Shown here: piece after piece, positions 62,066 through 64,000 of the stretch
Layout: each line of letters begins with the position of its first letter
Position numbering within the stretch: the first letter of the stretch is position 1
From: Mobula hypostoma
Lineage: Eukaryota
NCBI RefSeq assembly: GCF_963921235.1
Contig: NC_086097.1
Coordinates: 55,244,001-55,308,000 of the forward strand
DNA: 64,000 bases
Direction: 5' to 3'
Made by a program: the position numbers and the translations under genes
The notes under the pieces: model-generated
What the model was told of the DNA's origin: nothing
The model's input: the letters and a program-made list of their open reading frames with translations, nothing else
Database searches by the model: none

Positions 62066-63026
62066 ACAAAGAACAACAGAAATGGGACTGAGCTTCCTGA
62101 ACCTATCTGTCAAGGGAATGTAGAAGACCAACAAAAGCAATAGCGGGAATGTCCTTCCTTCCATACTACCCACTCTCTCAGCCCAGCAAGCACTCCACGA
62201 CACACCAGTGGCAAAGTTTGTGTATTCTTCATCCCTATCTTAGAACCGACAGAACTGGAAAGAAGCACTTCTCAACCCGAAAGAGAAGATATGCAGAAGT
62301 TACAAGAGGAGTGATGAGGAGTAAACCATAGTTTCCAGATTGGTGAAGAATGTCTGCAAGTTCAGCTTCTAAAATGGAAATTTTGGTGCTGATGGTCAGA
62401 GGCAATGGGAGCAGCCGGCTAGAGCCAGAGGGAGACGTTAGTCTGCTGCCATGAGTTGAAAGATTTTGAAAACTCAGGGTTGATGGTACCTAATGCTTTA
62501 AGGTATCTGCTAAAGATGGTTCTTGTTTCTGAAGCTTACAAGTGAGTGTATTTTTTAATAGCACGATAACTCTAAAGCTATGGTCCCTTTCAATAATTCC
62601 AGGTATAATCCCAAGCATCTCATATTTTGAAATAACATGGTAAGACCTTATTTCATGGCTGAAGCTTTCATTCACTGGTAGTGTCCTAGTTGCAGTGTTC
62701 ATAGACTGTTGTTCACATTTTCACACGTCATGTTTTTGACTTTGTTACTGTGAAGTTTCACTCACAGTCTCTAGCAACCCTAAAACATTTTTTTTTCAGA
62801 TCCTGTTAAAACAGTTACTTAATACGCAAGTGAAACAGCTTTTACCACAAAAACAATCCTCCTCATGAACTATTAACATTATCGAGCCTGCAAAGAGACA
62901 AAACAAACTTGAATTTGTAAGGCGTTGGAAACTACAATCAAAAATAGAAAATAGAAAACTGATGAAGGAGCATCAAAGCCATTCATTTCACTGGAAAATC
63001 TACTAAGGGATGCTAAGACTATACTA

Positions 63027-64000
63027 TCATAGGACATAGGAGCAGAATTAGGATAACTGCCTTATCAAGTCTGCTCCACCACTTGATCATGGCTGATTGA
63101 TTTTCCCTTTCAACCCCATTCTTCTACCTTCTCCCTGTAATCTTAGATGCCCGCACTAATCAAGAACCTATCAATCTGTACTTTAATTATACCCATTAAC
63201 GGCCTCCACAGCTGATCATGTTCACCTCTCTCCTCATCTCTAGAAAATCCTCCTCATCCCTATTCCAAATAGAGGTCCCTCTGTTCTGAGGTTGTGCCCT
63301 CTTGTCCTCGACTCCTCTTCTATAGGAAACATTCTCTCCACGTCCATTCTATCTTGGCCTTTCAATATTGGATAGGTTTCAATGAGATCCCCTCATCATT
63401 CTTCTAAACCCCAGTGAGTACGGGCCCAGAGCCATCAAATGCTCCTCAAATGTTAACCATTTCATTCCTGTAATCATTCTCATGAATCTCCTCTGGACCC
63501 TCTTCAATGTCAGCATATCTTTTCTTAGATAAGGGGCTCAAAGCTGCTCACAATACAAAACACAAGTTTGGTCTGACCAGTGCCTTATATAGCCTCCTTG
63601 GTTTTATATTCCAGTCCTGTTGAAATTAATGCTACCATTGAATTTGCCTTCCTTACCACTGACACAACCTGCAAGATAAGCTTTTGGGAATCTTGCCATA
63701 GGACTCCCAAGTCCCTTTGCATTGCTGATTTTTTGAATTTTCTCCCCCTTTGGAAAATAGTCTATGCCTTTATTCCACATTCCATCTGCCATTTATTTCC
63801 AATTCTCCTAATCTGTCTAAGTCCTTCTTCAAACTCTCTGCCTCCTCGACACTACCTGCACCTGCAAGAATTGCAGACTTGGCCACAAAGCCATCAATTC
63901 AGTCATCCAGATCATTAATGTGTAATGTGAAAAGATGTGGTCCCAACACCGACCCCTGTGGAACACCACTAGTCACTGGCAGTCAACCAGAAAAGTTCCC
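63027..64000 (-). mobile_element. CR1 LINE fragment running off the window
   Basis: CATAGGACATAGGAGCAGAATTAGG tail (reverse orientation); minus strand VTSGVPQGSVLGP at the window end. Confidence 0.85.

Noticed and set aside
1..64000. CRISPR arrays, operons, rRNA or phage genes
   Set aside because: Vertebrate-type intron/exon and TE landscape; no repeat-spacer arrays or prokaryotic genes seen

Overview
Eukaryotic genomic DNA, most likely from a cartilaginous fish (ray/shark-type repeat landscape; this is an inference). The only recognisable host gene is the 3' end of kinectin (KTN1): four + strand coding exons at 3.8-9.9 kb plus a 3' UTR. The remaining ~54 kb is intergenic and dominated by transposable elements: CR1, Rex1/Babar-type, RTE and Nimb/I-type LINEs; Penelope-like elements (PLEs) with minimal hammerhead ribozyme motifs; Tc1 transposons; MITEs; a SINE; solo LTRs; and one near-intact 4.4 kb Gypsy LTR retrotransposon. 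Main observations: (1) The Gypsy element has no tRNA primer-binding site. The sequence after its 5' LTR is instead complementary to the poly(A)-signal region of its own LTR, and its RT has a YLDN motif, making it a candidate self-priming element. (2) A size series of fold-back PLE insertions (168 bp, 1.0 kb, 2.6 kb) share one architecture: inverted arms, a one-sided ~37-nt tail and a 13-16 bp target-site duplication (TSD), with hammerhead motifs in or next to the arms. (3) An orphan CpG-rich, promoter-like element lies directly at the Gypsy insertion site. (4) An inverted pair of exon-like paralogous segments at 60-62.6 kb is more similar at protein level than at DNA level. All coordinates and comparisons were made by eye; no database searches were run.
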